Below the pieces are notes generated by a model. The model worked only from the letters and a program-made list of their open reading frames with translations. It was not told where the DNA came from and did no database searches. The position numbers were made by a program, and so were the translations under genes. This document shows positions 1 to 14,681 of a DNA stretch of 64,000 nucleotides, one piece after another. The stretch comes from Nageia nagi (Eukaryota > Plantae > Pinophyta). How positions within the stretch are numbered: position 1 is the stretch's first letter; every line of letters starts with the position of its first letter. The DNA is taken from positions 106,392,001-106,456,000 of the forward strand of contig JBITNC010000001.1 in NCBI GenBank assembly GCA_050084985.1. Direction: 5' to 3'.

Positions 1-761
1 TATATAAAAATAAATTTGATAAATTACTTTACTCAAAAATAGAAGAATAATTAAGCAAACACGATCAACAAGAGATGACACATGCATGTAATGTGATTCA
101 CCCAATGTGGGCTATGTCTACAAAGAATAGTCATTTATTTATATCAATCTAATGACACCAAGAGATACAACCAATAGTAACATAATTTTAATTTTCTCTT
201 TGGTTACACAAAATTTCTAACTACAATAGTTCATCTTATCTTTTTCACACATATACAAACTCTACTCCCCCATTCCTTCCTTTTGCTTACTTGTTATAAT
301 GAATCTTACAACATATTTATAGATATTCATACAAGCTTAATTATAACCAAAATAAAAGAAAAAAATCATGCAATAAATCCATCATTGATATAAACATCAA
401 TTCCTAAACTTAGAACAAAGCAAGAGTGAATTTTCAAGCCTAAAATAGAACTTTTTGCCTCTATAATGTGATCGGCCTACATCAAATTGATCATGTTATC
501 ATATTATCTTCCTTAAGTATGATCATAATTTATATTTCCCTAGGAGGTAGATTGTATTTTTTGATCTTTCCCTAATATTTATATTGGTTGATCAAACTAT
601 TAGCTAGCAATTCTTGATCTTACAACTAACTAACACTTCTTGATCTTCTAGTCAACTATGTAATCAGCATGCCAACTATGTGATATTCCTCCATGTGGAT
701 GATTTTAAAATGGAGAGATGAAAATATGAGTTCTCCAAATAATTAGTATCAATTCCTAACA
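1..761 (-). repeat. copia 3' LTR (cut by window edge)
   Basis: Aligns with 15145-15760; both end CAATTCCTAACA. Confidence 0.85.
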
Positions 762-2435
762 ATATCCCACTTTTAGATTGATTCATGCAACACACATACA
801 ACTTAGTTGGATCTAGATATTCTCATCTTGACCTCCCATACCTTGATATCACCTAGAATTGGGATAATTCCTAACTCCACCTTTGTGAATACCTATGTAC
901 CTTCATCAAGCCCTTAAAACAAACTCACCATGAACCTCAACCAACTCATAATACTTTTAATTCATTACCTTGATGTTCCATGAACCTCATTGTTCCATAC
1001 CTTCAACTCTATGGGTCATAACTCCTTGCATAAATACTTTTATTTCAATTCCTTACTTGAACAATCATTTATCTTTATTTTCATATTGCATACAAAAATA
1101 TCATACACATGATCAATACTTATAGATAACTTATTCCATCTAAGCTTTTACTCGAATTTCTCTTTCATAAAACACTCACCACCAATATTATGCAACACAT
1201 ATGAAACTATGGGAAAACCTTGACTTACCCTTAAACATCTTAAAATATCCCTTAATGGAATTTCCTTGCCCTAATCTTGAACACACCCTTACACCTTTTG
1301 TATCCACATATTCATTTTTTTGTTCTTAGAAACACTCTTTCCAACCGTATTCTTTTCTATAAACCCCACTCCACTTTTATCTCTAAACTTGTGATATACC
1401 TTGTTTATATTCTTCCCAACTATAGGAGCTAGGTTCATAACATCATTAGAATAATTAGAAAATAAATATACCAAACTAACCATATTACCTCTAGAAACAA
1501 CTAGAGAACCCTTAGACACCTTCCACATTTTGTTTCAAAATGAAACTACATATTCCTCACCATTAAGCTTTCTACTTGAAATGAGATTCCTTTTCAAATA
1601 TAGAATGTATCTTACCTCCTTGAGCACCCACATATTTTTTTATATAAAATGATATTGAATTTCCCCATACCAAATATCCTACATGGCTCATCATTACCCA
1701 ACTTAACATGACTAAAATCTCCTTGAACATACTCAACAAAATAACCCTTATGGTAAGTTGCATGGAAATAAGCACTTGAATCCATTGCCCAATAATCATT
1801 ATGAATATCTCAATATAATATCAAATAATACTTAATAAACTCACTATCCATGATGGACTCAATACTGGATTCCCTCTTGAAATGTCCCTTCTCACACTAC
1901 CAACATTCAATATTTCCTTTTCTATTGGAATCACCTTATTGGTTCCCTTGAGATTTTGATCCTCCTCTCTCCTTTTTTATTCCCCTTTTCTCAACAATTA
2001 GTGAATTTAGATAACTCGATGGCTCCCTCATGGTTTTTCTTTCCTCATCCTCACTAAGTAGGATGCCTACCACATCATCAAACACTATATTGATATAACT
2101 TGAATAATAATTACTTACTACCATCATCAAACTACTCCAATTATCTAGAAATGAACATAACAATAGTAAGGCACTTATCTCCTCATTAATATCAATCTTC
2201 ACATAACTCAATTGGTTAATCACAATATTGAACTCATTCACATGTTCTGGAATGGATCCTCCTTCTAGCATTTTCATATTAAATAACTTTTTCATGATAA
2301 ATACCTTTTTTATTGCCAAGGGTTTCTCATACATCTTGGTCAACTTTTCCATGACACCCTTTGTTGTATTTTTCTCTAATATGTTGAAGGCTATAGTTTC
2401 ACCCAAGCACTATCTCACTATATCCAAAGCCTTCC

Positions 2436-3609
2436 TATAAATGGGTCAAAACACTTGCACCTCAACCACTCAAAAAACCTATGAGAAGTTATAAGGATCT
2501 TGATTCATTTGTATCTAATTTTCGTATGTGAGTATTGAAAATATTGATAAATATAGGGTTTAGAATTTATCATTTATAGTTCAATGTTGTAAGAAGATAT
2601 CTAGACCTAAAAGGAGTGAAAATATGTTATGGGAGGCTTCAAACCACAAGTCCTTAGGACCTTATGACCATCCAAGTGGGGTAAAACCCCAACTCAAAAA
2701 GGTTCTAATCCTCTTTTATCCATAATTAGGAGGAGAGTAGAAAATTTTAATATGTCTATTGTGCAAGTATGATCTTGAAAGATAAACTATAAACAAATCT
2801 TATACAAGTAAACTTGACAAAGTTAGATTACAATATTGATAATGTGTGATAAAGATTGATTAAGACCTACACTTGTATAAAGATTTGCCTAATGTTATCA
2901 AATGATAATAATGAAAATGGATACAAGATAAATGGAGATGGATCTAAAGTTAGAAAGAATAAACACACAATAAATATCATTCAAAACCTAAGGTTTGGAC
3001 CTTAAAGGTCAAACCCTAGCTTGAGACCCTAGGTATGAAGAATAGCCAAACGTTCCTATATGCCAAATAATGAGAATTATACAATAAAAGAGAAGATACA
3101 AATCTTCAATATAGATCTATAAAAGCTTTAAAACTTGTAAATATTCATGAAATAAATGATCAATAACATAATCTCATCAAATAACCACTAGGTACCTCAA
3201 TCCATGGAGAAATGATCCAAAGGAATACAGACAAAGGGTTAAAATTTTAGTCAAATCATTCATAATGATGTTGCTTGGAAATCATGTATAATCAGGTATA
3301 GTAGATGCATATTTCATGGAAAAATGTGTTTAACCTTGAAAAATGAGCTCATATTGACTTTTATATACCTCAAATAGGATCATTCGAACAACTAGGTGAC
3401 CTACAATATCATCTAGATGATTACCCAATCATTCAAATGATTGGAACCAAAGTGTTAGAAATGACTTAAAGGTCAAAAAAATATCGATCTAAGAAGTCAA
3501 AAGTGCTATAAAATATGTTTGATAGATATGATAGCATATATAGTAAAAATACCATAAATATTAGTATAACCTTGTCAACAATGTAAAATGCAATTTTAGG
3601 GTGTTTATT
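2436..3609 (-). repeat. gypsy 3' LTR
   Basis: Roughly 89% identical (by eye, first ~110 bp) to 13539-14681. Confidence 0.88.
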
Positions 3610-3999
3610 ATTTCCCCTTTTTGTCTTAAGCTTCTAACTTGTGAGAAGCTAAGTACAAAAATATGTTTAATGATAAACTAATAATAAATAATGGTAAATA
3701 ATATGAAAGCATAAAAATAGTTAGGATGAAATTTGGTTTCAAAGAATGATAGGTCATATAATATAATCCTAATCATTCAATCTAAGTATGGTTTTGGTGC
3801 ATGATAAGTCGTATAAGATTAGATCGAACATCATGATAATCCAACGAAATCTAGTTTTGGCACATGATGGGTTGTATAAGATAGAGTTGGATTTCATGAT
3901 AATGAACTATGATAAAATCTAACAAGCGGATCAAGTAGTTTATTAAGTAAGAAAAAAAAATTAATCTAATATTTCTAATATTATCTAAGTGCAAAAAGA

Positions 4000-4400
4000 A
4001 AAATGATCTTTGGTTTTCCCCAATAGTAAAAGGGTAACATGAAAATAAATGATCTATACTTTTCCCTATAAGTTGTAGGGTATCTAATTCTTCTTTTTCC
4101 CAATATTCAAAGGGAATAAATGTAGGATCATAGACCTACCAATCATTGAACCATAACACATAGGCATACGATACTTGACAAAATGCTAAATGATCTTTAC
4201 TTTACCCCAACAGATGAAGGGAAATGATCATAGGCTTGTGGACCTACCAAGCATTGGAATGTAGCATGTAGGCATACAATGCTCATATAAAAATGATAAT
4301 GATCACTACTTTACCCTAGCAATTGAAGGGTGTAGTACTGTAGGCTCGCAGGCCTACCAAGTTTTAGAAAATAAAATGTATGTATATGATGCTTGACAAA
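4000..4400. repeat. Degenerate ~120-bp tandem repeats in the 3' region of the Tat-like element
   Basis: Recurring TGATC..TACTTT.CCC...GAAGGG...GACCTACCAA units. Confidence 0.55.
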
Positions 4401-6208
4401 AGTGACCAAGTAGAACATGATGACATTTGAGTACATTGATCACTAATCAATCATGTTGAGCTAGAAATCATCGAGTGAATACTAACAATGAAATAAATTT
4501 TGATCATGCATCTAGGGTGCTCCTAATGAAATCAAGTTGTATCTACTAAGAATTTACAAAAATTTATTCAATTTGAAATAGTTTATGAAGTTCTCCATAT
4601 CAAATGAGTAGATGTGATGGATGACAATATAGGATGCATAAATGTTTGATTGAAAAAGATAAAAAATAATGATAATGACTTTATGTTTACAAAGTAAAAT
4701 AACATAGAGCAAATCATTTAAATGACTATAGAGTCATCTAGGAGACTAGGAATTTGCCAAATCATCTAGACGACCCTAGGTCATTAGGATGATCTGATCA
4801 ATGTAAAAATGAAAAATTAAAAAGGGAAAAACTAGGGTTTGATAGGTTATTAAAAAAATAATAAAAAATTTGGCCATCAGGAGCTCTGAAATAGCAATTG
4901 TGCACCAAGTTAGAAACCATATTCGACTATTGTATGACTATGAACTATTGTAGAATGACATGGTGGTTTGGGAGTTGACAGTGACATATGCAAGGGATGA
5001 ATATCATACATAGAAGCCACCATGCTAGGCCAAGGATGAGGACCACAAGGAAATGAGACACCACCTAAAAAATTAGGTTATTAAAATCCCCTAGAAATTT
5101 GCTTGTTGCTACCTAATTTCATAATGAGTAGGTTAATAATATAAAATTGCATGAAACTCCTAATTGGCTTGTTAATATCCATGAATTTATAACACCAAGC
5201 AGGGGTATATAGAGGGTCTACTTTATACAAAATACAATGGGTGTTTATTTTTATTACTTTTAGTTTTGTTATAAAAGAGAATTTAAAATATAGGAATGTT
5301 AAAACATAGCCAATGATAGGAGTGTTAGGGGAAATTGATGATACTAGTGGGTAATAGTAAGGATTTGTGCTATGTTGGTGATGGAGTACAAAAAGTAGAT
5401 AGAATCATACAAGTGAAACTCTAATCATATCCCAAATTAAGGGTTGTTGAGGCCATAGAAAACCCCAAGACAATGTGTTAAAACCATAGGAAATAATACC
5501 AATGAGGCTAAATATGGTACCAAAAGTACCCAATAGTAGGGTAATAAGATAAAACACAAGCAATGGTTACAATACAATACCATGATGCCCAAAATAACAA
5601 ATCAATGTAGAACACCATGAAAAAATAAAAACTTATTATAAAAAATGGCACATCAACTTAATAATGTAGAGAAAGGAATGAATTTCATAATTGAGATGCA
5701 ATGTTGTGTATATTTGACTTTTATTCTATAGTATATTACACATTTCCATCAAGTTGAATGCTTTTTCATGCTTGTAAAAAAATTTAGAATTTCAAAGGTA
5801 GGGCTTTTTATTTTCTATTTAATAGACTATGAATCATCCTTCATCTATATGACCCAATTTAGGGGTCATTTGAGTGAGGAATGATTTTACTAATCATTTA
5901 GGTACCTAGCCCACTCATCCAAAGGCTAGATGATTAAGTTAAACTAGTCACCCCTAACTTGGATGATTTTGACTAATATGGACTAATCGATAAGAACAAG
6001 CTATAATATTGACATAAATAAAACCTAATATGGAGATATAATGGTGACTGATATAGACATAGAGACTAATAACATAGAATTAGATAATGTATAATGACTA
6101 ATACTAACTGACAAACCTTGAAATTTATACCATATGAAACTCAAGCACAAGTTTCACCCCTTGTGGATAAAGGTTAGAATGGTGTTGCCCCAAGAAGACT
6201 AGGATTAG

Positions 6209-6900
6209 CTAGAGGTAGTTGGACTAGCTAGAGCTACCAAGATACTCCCTATTAAGGGAGATACATCATACATGATCACACTTAGGGATCATTTTCATCA
6301 TGATATGTTTAACTTCATACTCCTAATAGAGGATATGACTATGAAACTGGAGGACATATACAAGATTTTCAAGCTCCTAATAAAGGGAGAGAAGATTAAT
6401 ATGGTGATAGATAGGGTATTGATATGCCCATAGGTGGGAAAGGAATACAAGACTTGGGACATCCAGAATGAAGGGGTTCTCATCAAACCCCTCTATAAGT
6501 ATGGTTGAATTAGAAATCAAGAGGTAATGATGATGTTATCGATATCATTTTTCATGCTTCCATATTACTTGGGACCTCAGTTCCCATGAAATATGTTTGA
6601 CACCATTACAAGCTACTGGTAGTAACTTAGGGGAGAAGAGGGATTAGCATTTCATAGTTTCTCTAGGTATATTCTTGGGATCATATTCAACTAGGAAGTT
6701 CAAATGCACTACTAGTAGTAGTGTATACAAATGAGATGACAAGAGATATCCCACCTATAGAGGATGGAAGCTACCCTACACCAAGCATTAGGAGTATGAT
6801 AGAGAGAAACTTAAGAGATATCCATATAAGGTATAAACTAATTAGTATATACAAATGTCAGTGAGGCTACAACCCTAAGATATTATGTGGCATACATACC
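6209..6900 (+). pseudogene. Plant mobile domain (PMD, MAIN/MAIL-like) ORF remnant, antisense to gag
   Basis: LRDHFHHDMFNFILLIEDMTMKLEDIYKIFKLLIKGEKI resembles the PMD motif ERWhpETHTFHLPxGEMTITLEDV..L.GLPI.G; downstream FL*VYSWDHI resembles LLQVWAWEHI. Confidence 0.72.
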
Positions 6901-9900
6901 TTGGTGGGCCACACTGGGTGAAGAAGGATGCGTAGCTAGCATGATCTAGAAGGTTAAAAAATGTTAGATCAATAGATATCTTCATATACAAGTAGGTACA
7001 AAGGTAATACAAGTTGGTTTAGGATGCCCCTAAACCTAATGCTATATGGTAGGATTGATAAAGAGGCCCCAACAAGGCCTAAGCTAACCTCCATTGAGCT
7101 TGATGCAACACTAGATGCACCTAAAGCTCAAGTTAAAATGGAATATGTTGGGATGATCTTAGCATATGATGCCTAGTTGGCTACCTAGAGGGAATAGCTA
7201 GTAGATTGGATTTTTGCAATTAGGTAGGGTATGGCACCCTTGATGGATCCATGGGTATTGGATGGTGGAGCTAAGAAAAATGAGCATGTAATTACAAAGA
7301 GGGGAGAGGAAAAGGAGGCTAAGGAGGAGGTTGTAAATGAGGAGAAGGATGTATTGTATGAGGAAATCTGGGACCAAGAGGTCCATGATATAGATATGTT
7401 GGACCAACTAACTTAGAAGGAGGTACCACAATAGGAGGTGCAATAATAGGAAGAAGGTGATGTTGGGTTCAAGACACCCAAGTGGTACCCTCACAAGATC
7501 CTAGACCTAGGATCCAGTACCTTTATTAATGATTAGGTGACTCAATATCAAAGAGAGTAGAATGCTCTCCAATATCAACTAGATGCCATGCATGTACAAC
7601 TAGTTACAGAGTAGTGGCTAAGGGATAGGTTAGCATACTACATGGTTAGGTGTGAGCCCTTCTCAAATACATGTGAATACTACTAATAATTTTTACTCTA
7701 GTGGTAAGGGATAGAGACATGTTGAGTGTGCAAGCTAAGGGTGATGTAGCCTAAGGGCATATACCAGTACCCAAATGGAAGAGATCCTCATAGTTTTGGG
7801 TTGGGATAGAGCATAGGAGGTGGCCAATATGGCCACATAGATAGAGGCTTGACTAAAAAGGATGGGGGTAACATCAAGGGGATTGACCCCCTTAGGGAAG
7901 GCATATATCCAACAATGATTAAGGTAGGTACTAGACGACTTGTATAGGGCAATCATCTCAGGGCACAAGTATGGTGGCACTAGCTATTAGAGGTAGTTTT
8001 GATCCTTAAAGTCTTAAAGATATCATAGATAGCCTCCCTAGCTAGGATGAATATCGAGGAGTGTCATAAGGAGTTAATAGAGTGAGGACCACTCAATGCA
8101 GTAGCCTGCACCCACATATATGACTACAATAGAGACTACTACTATTATTGAGATATAAATAAGGGAGACCCAAGGACTAGCATTAGTAAGCCTATTAGAC
8201 ATGCCATATTACAGGTCATGGGTAGATTATTTAGATCATCCTCATAAAAAAAATTAGAGCAAGAAAGAGTATCCCATAAAGGATTCACATGAAGGGGTAG
8301 GGGGAGACCAACTCTCCCCCTAGCCAATGTAGGAGACATGAGGAACCTTAAGTATCCTAAGTGTTATGGAAGATATAACATTAATGGTAGATCCATTACC
8401 AATAAGCACTCTCTTGGATTGATTGGAATTTGCATAAGCTAGTATATACAAGGCAATATGCTTTAGATAATTTTATATTGATTGTTAGATATCGTCCTAA
8501 TAGAAAGTGATACCTTGTTGTGTTGCACTCTAGATAACCCCTATAAATTTTCCAAAATAATTATAATTATCATTATCTAACTCAATAAATTTGAGGATGT
8601 TTTTCAAATCATTCTTGTGTTCAAGATATTATTGCAATAAGTCTCATAAGGAAAGCTTTATCTAAGTAGTTCTAAATTGTTGCTTTAGCTGAGTCTATAT
8701 GTTAATTAGTGCTTTAGGAGCCTACATTTGAATCTGTATCCTAGTCTAAGGTTGAGGTTATTGAATCTACACCTCCTTAGGAGGGGGATGGGTTGTCTAT
8801 CATGACCTCTTCTTATCATGGTTGTTATAATGGCCATGTTACTTTCATGGACTTCAACTATCTAAAATGTTGGAGGTGTATCCATGAATCCCATAAACTC
8901 ATAGTTAGGGGTTATATTGAAACCTCCCACAAAAGGAAAGTCTGACTCAATATCAACAAAATCCATAAACTCATTATTTTGCCTAAGTTTGTAGTCATGG
9001 TTGATCTATTATGTTGCCTCTAACATAATATGGTTGATATTGTTACTATGTCTAGGTAATAGATCCTAGAAAATACCTAAGTTTCTATTTAGTTGAGCCA
9101 TTGGATTTCCTATAGATACATGTCCATTTTTTTATCAATATCTGAATTATGTTTCTTAGTTGATTGCATTTATTCATCTCATGTCCCTTTTTCCTATGCT
9201 AAATACAATATTCATCATCCTTATACCAACTTGGTTTCTCCCAATTTGGATCTTCATGTTTGATTTTTAGGAGATGAACCAATTGTGCCTCTAAAATGTT
9301 TTTCAAGACATCCTTAATAAACTCAACCAATGGAGTTCATGGATTGCATGGCCCTTGCTTTTGAGGTTTCCTGGGCCTATAAACATCATGTTTATGACCT
9401 GATATATATTTTTAGGCTTCATTTTTTCTTGTATTTGAGGTTGTAATAGTAGATTGGCCTTGGGTGGCCTCGATGGTGCTAACTATACTACTATTCTTAT
9501 CTGATGTATGTGACACCTAATTGCTCTAAGATTCTTGGTATGAAGTACTCATTATTATTTTTGTTATTATAATACTTTGATTTGTTTTTCATTTTCCTTA
9601 CTTTAATTTTCCCATATTGAACTTTAGCCTCTTCTATTATTTTTGCCTAAGATAAAGCATCCTCAAATATACAATGTTGTTGAATCCTAAGAATAGAAGA
9701 GATGGGTTTATCGTAACTTATAGAGAATAACTTTACCAACTCATCCTAGCTAAGGGTGTAATACATATTGATAACCACTACCCTCCATCTACAAACATAG
9801 TTTGATATTGAATCATCATCAAACTAAGATAACTTGTCAAGTTTTGTAATGGATGGCCTCTTGCAAATATTTATGGCAAAGTGATTTAATAATTTATCAG

Positions 9901-12900
9901 CCAATTATTTGAATGAGTATACATTTTTCTGAGTAAGGTTTTTGTACCATTCTAATGCTTTCCCTACAAGAATCATGGGGAAGGTCCTAAGAATGAGTAT
10001 ATCATCACTACTAATGATGTAGCAAGAATATTTAAACTATATAATATGCTCTCTAGGATCTTCCTTACCTCAAAACTTGTCTATTTTTTGGGATTTCAAA
10101 CTTATATAGGAACATCTTGGTTGGCACACCTAAATGAATTAGTTCATTTCATATAGAAATGTTAGACAACCTAGGCTTCCCTTGATCACTAATCTGAAGC
10201 TCCATATATTTCAACATCTTTAAAATCTCATCATTAATACTCTGAAGTTGGACACTAACCATAACTTGTTGTTTAGAAATTTGACTGATAGGCACATCAT
10301 CATATGCCTCATACTAATCATCATAGACTATATCCTAATCCTAATCCTAATTGTAATACTATTCATGTTGTTGAGTGTCAAACATGATCTTAGGTCCAAG
10401 GTGTGTGGGATTTCAATACAAAACCCCTCTAGTCATAGAATCCTACAATTTGAGATGATAGGTAAATGAAGGTTGTCCAAGCATAGAGAATTGAACATGG
10501 TGAGATGATGAATTGTACCTAGGATTATAATGGGATATGGAGGATCTAAGAAAAGTAGATGCATGAAGGTGATCTTTAGGGTGATGTGCATGTACTTTTC
10601 TAGATGGCACCACTATATGAGAAGAAGAAGAGTGAAATGGTTATAGAGGAGGATCAGTCAGGTATGAGTGTGACCCATGCCCTATATGGAATCTATATAG
10701 TACCTCATGCTATGTATGTGATACAAGGACACAAGGTATGGTAGGATGTAACAGATGTGAATACTCATGACATGAAGGCTCATATTCCACATGACATGAA
10801 AATTCAGTATCACATATGGGAATAAGGTGACATGATACCTTGGGCTAGTGTATATAATGTGGATCTTCATATTAGTATCCAATATAATTATTAGGTGGAG
10901 GTGGAGGTGGTCTATAAAAGGTCAACATATGTGGATCTAGAATGATAGGTGGTAGAGGTGGAGTTCTAAGGGGACCACTAGGATGTGGACCCAACAAACC
11001 ATGAGAATATGTAACCATGATTGGTCTATCATGTAAAGAAGGTAAATCATGTGATATATCATCAATTGATGGTGATCTAGGATGAAGAAAAGGTTCCTCA
11101 TGATACATCATCTCAAGATCTTCTTCAATGATGTATCATATGAACAGGTGTAATGGATGGGACCTAGTGATGGGATACATAGGGACATCCTCTATGTGAT
11201 CATCCCATTCCTCAAACTTGAGAATAAGGGAATAGTACACCTATACTACAGGAGGAACTGGTGGTGAGGGTGGTCTCTCAATAGCATACTGAGTTTCTTG
11301 GAACTCCTAGTATAAGGTCTAAATCATAAGAGTGCTAATAAACATTTCATGTTGAGATATAGGAGGTTCTATGGTACATGTAGGAATAGAAATAGAACTA
11401 GGTTGGGCACATGGTATGAGATGCTCAAATTCATGTTATGGAACATGATATAGATCAACACATGAAGTATCGACACAATGATGGGATGTAGATTGATCTA
11501 CATCATGATGTAGAATATGAGATGACTTGACATGTGAATACTTGACCTAATGATGTGGGATAGGTTGCTTAGAGGTAGAAGGTATTCCCATATGAGATTT
11601 GTTAGCTCTATGATGTGAGACCTATGATGATTCTAAGTGTGAAAGACTAGCCCTATAATATGTCACATGATCTCTCCCCTCCAGCTGAGGGGTGGATTCA
11701 AGAAAATGAAACCTCACTAATGTTTGACCAAAAGAGAGTCTAAGTGATGGATGTGCGAACTCACGCTAAGGTGATTGGTGGGGTTTGTGCAAATGATTAT
11801 GGTATAAACATAAATTAGGTAGAGTATATGGTTGATTTATCTCATTTTCATGTTCCTCTTCTTTAAGTGCTCAAGCTCTATTATGACCTTTATTTTCCAC
11901 CATGTTAACAGGCCAAGGATTATCATCCATCGTATATATGTGAATGTGATCAAAATAAAGAGAGGTAAATAGGTATATCTAATAACCTTTAAATAGAAAT
12001 CAAAATCCTACCAATAATTAAATAATGCAAAAAGCAATAAATCACACAATAAGAAGCCTAGAACTTTTATTTAAAATAAATCTTATTTAATGTAAATGCA
12101 AGTAACATCACAAAGCCTAAATAATAAACACCCATTTCAAAAATATAAATCTAAATGAGAAGATAGCAATAGTGATAAATAGAAAGTTTTGATTATATTT
12201 TTAATTATTTCTTTGTTCAATTGACTTAATATTTTTAATTAGGGGTTGGCCTTAACAATGCACTTGTAAATTCCAATACAAACCTTTTTATGTTTCCCTA
12301 AAAAATTATTATAGTTAAGTGTTGACAAGATAAGGATCAATCTCTAGGGATGTAGAACATTCCTCAAGGGTACTCTAGTACCTCTATAGCAAGTTATTCC
12401 AAAAAGAGGGGGGATCCCAGTTTTATTTTCAACTCTAAGTATGGGTTAGGCCATGGTAATAATGTCCACATGCCCTAGATACTCCCTAGATATGTGATGG
12501 ACTTTTAGTACAAGTAAGCAAAATGAAATGCAGCTCTATGATTTAATGCAATGCACTTAAACCCCAAATATTTATCTTTTCAAAATGAAATCAAGGCACA
12601 ACCACCTAATCATGATAAAATACGAAATTGCTTTCATTCCTTTTCAAATGTGAAATAATGCAAGTATAGCAATTGTTTGTATGCATAAAACAAGGAGTAG
12701 ATACACACTAATAGCAATTAAACTCTTTTTTTGTAATATTTTGAGTTTTAAGCACCAAAGTAAATTCCAATATTCATGCAACAATCCCTCCAATATGCAA
12801 TGCAATATTCACTAAAAAGTGGTAAGCCTAAGATGAAATGAACAAGCAAACAATATGTACCAGGTGTTGTAAGAAACATAAAGACTTACCGATGTAAGAA

Positions 12901-13538
12901 CATTACTTCCCACTCCAAGTTTGATGGGTGTAATGAAGGTTACAAGCCTCTACCATAAAAGTATCCATTACAAGTATGATTGTGGTTACAATGCCATTTG
13001 TTTAGACAATTAGGAATTGTTTCTACTACCATAATGCACTCAAAGATAAAATTTTAAAATTGGAATTTAATGCTAAAATAGAAATATTATGATAGATAAA
13101 AAGATAAGTCCTATGACAAGGATACCCAAAGTTACAGATAAAATAGATAGAGTATTATTGTTACTAATACAAATTTTGAAATTAAGTACAAAACCAAAGT
13201 GAAAATAGAGCTTAAAATGACTTCAAATAGAATCATCCTACATAGGGTTTCTTGGGCAATGGATAGGTTATCCTAGAGGGGGACAACTTATAGTTAGGAT
13301 CAACCTTTTGTAAGATGATTTACTCAATACTTAAAATTGCTCTTTGAAATTTTTAGGTCTGATTTTGAAAAAGTCTAGGAGCCTATCCTATAAATTTCAT
13401 CAAAAGTTAATTGCCAAAATTCTCTGAAGTGAATGAAACATCCAAATTTAAAGGCCACAAAAAATAAGGTAAAGGCTTAGAAAATCCTCTTTTGTCTTAT
13501 GATCCTAATACCAGTATGGTTCCATCATGATTTTCATT

Positions 13539-14681
13539 TGTAAATGGGTCAAAACCCTTGCACCTCAACCACTCAAAGTACCTATGAGCAATTTCAAGGA
13601 TCTTGATTCATTTGCATCTAATTTTCCTATGTGAGTATTAACAATATTGATAAATATAAGGTTTAGAATCTGTCCTTTGTAGTTCAATGTTTCAAGAAGC
13701 TATCTAGACCTGAAAGGAGTAATAATATGTTATGGGAGGCTTTAAAACATAAGAACTTAGGACCTTGTGACCATCCAAGTGGGGTGAAACCCTAACTCAA
13801 AAAGGTTGTAAGTCTCCTTTGTCCATAATCAAGAAGAGAGTAGAAATTGTGCAAGTATGATCTTCAAACATAAACTACAAAAAAAATTTATATAAGCAAA
13901 CTTGACAAAGCTAGATGATAATATTAATAATGTGTGATCAAGATTGATTAAGTCCTGTACATATATAAAGATTTTCCTAATGTGATCAAATGAAAATAAT
14001 GAAAATGGATACAAGATAAATGGATATGGATCTAAAGCTAGCAAGACTAAACACATGATAAATATCCTTCAAAACCTAAGGGTTGGACCTTAAAGGTCAA
14101 ACCCTAGGTTGAAATTCTAGTTATGAAGATTATCCTATATGTTCCTATATGCCAAACAATGATAATTATATGATAAATGATAGGATACAAGTCTTCAATA
14201 TAGATCTATTAAAGATTTAAAACCTATAAATACTCATGAAATAAATGATCAATAACATAATTTCATCAAATAACCACTAGGTACCTCAATCCATGATGCA
14301 TGGAAAAGTGATCTAAAGGTACGAATATGGAACCTCAAAACTTTAGTCAAACCCTTGGTAATGATGTCACTTGCTCTAAAATCATATGTAATCAGGTACA
14401 ATAGAGGCAAAGCTCATGAAAAAGTGTATCTAACCTTAAAAGTGAGCTCATATTGGATTTTATAGACCTCAGATAGAATTGTCTGGATGACTAGGTAACC
14501 TATAGGATCATCCAAACCAAAAGTGTTAGAAATGACTTAAAGTTTAAAATGGTGTCGATCGAACCGATCGAAAGTGCTATAAAATATGTTATATAGACAT
14601 GATAGTATATGATAGTAAAAATACCACAAACATCAGTATAACCCTATCAATAATGTAAAATGCTATATTAGGGTGTTTACA
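13539..14681 (-). repeat. gypsy 5' LTR
   Basis: TGTAAA...TTTACA termini; homologous to 2436-3609. Confidence 0.9.

Larger units (their letters stand above)
2436..14681 (-). mobile_element. Ty3/gypsy Tat/Ogre-like LTR retrotransposon, degenerate, apparently lacking pol
   Basis: Paired ~1.15-kb LTRs; PPT-like AAAAAGGGGAAAT next to the left LTR; gag remnant IDKF*GKEDPREH...LRTFPMILVGKALEWY at ~9930-10100; YC.*H..KGH...C..L...IQ motif at ~9130-9230. Confidence 0.85.
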
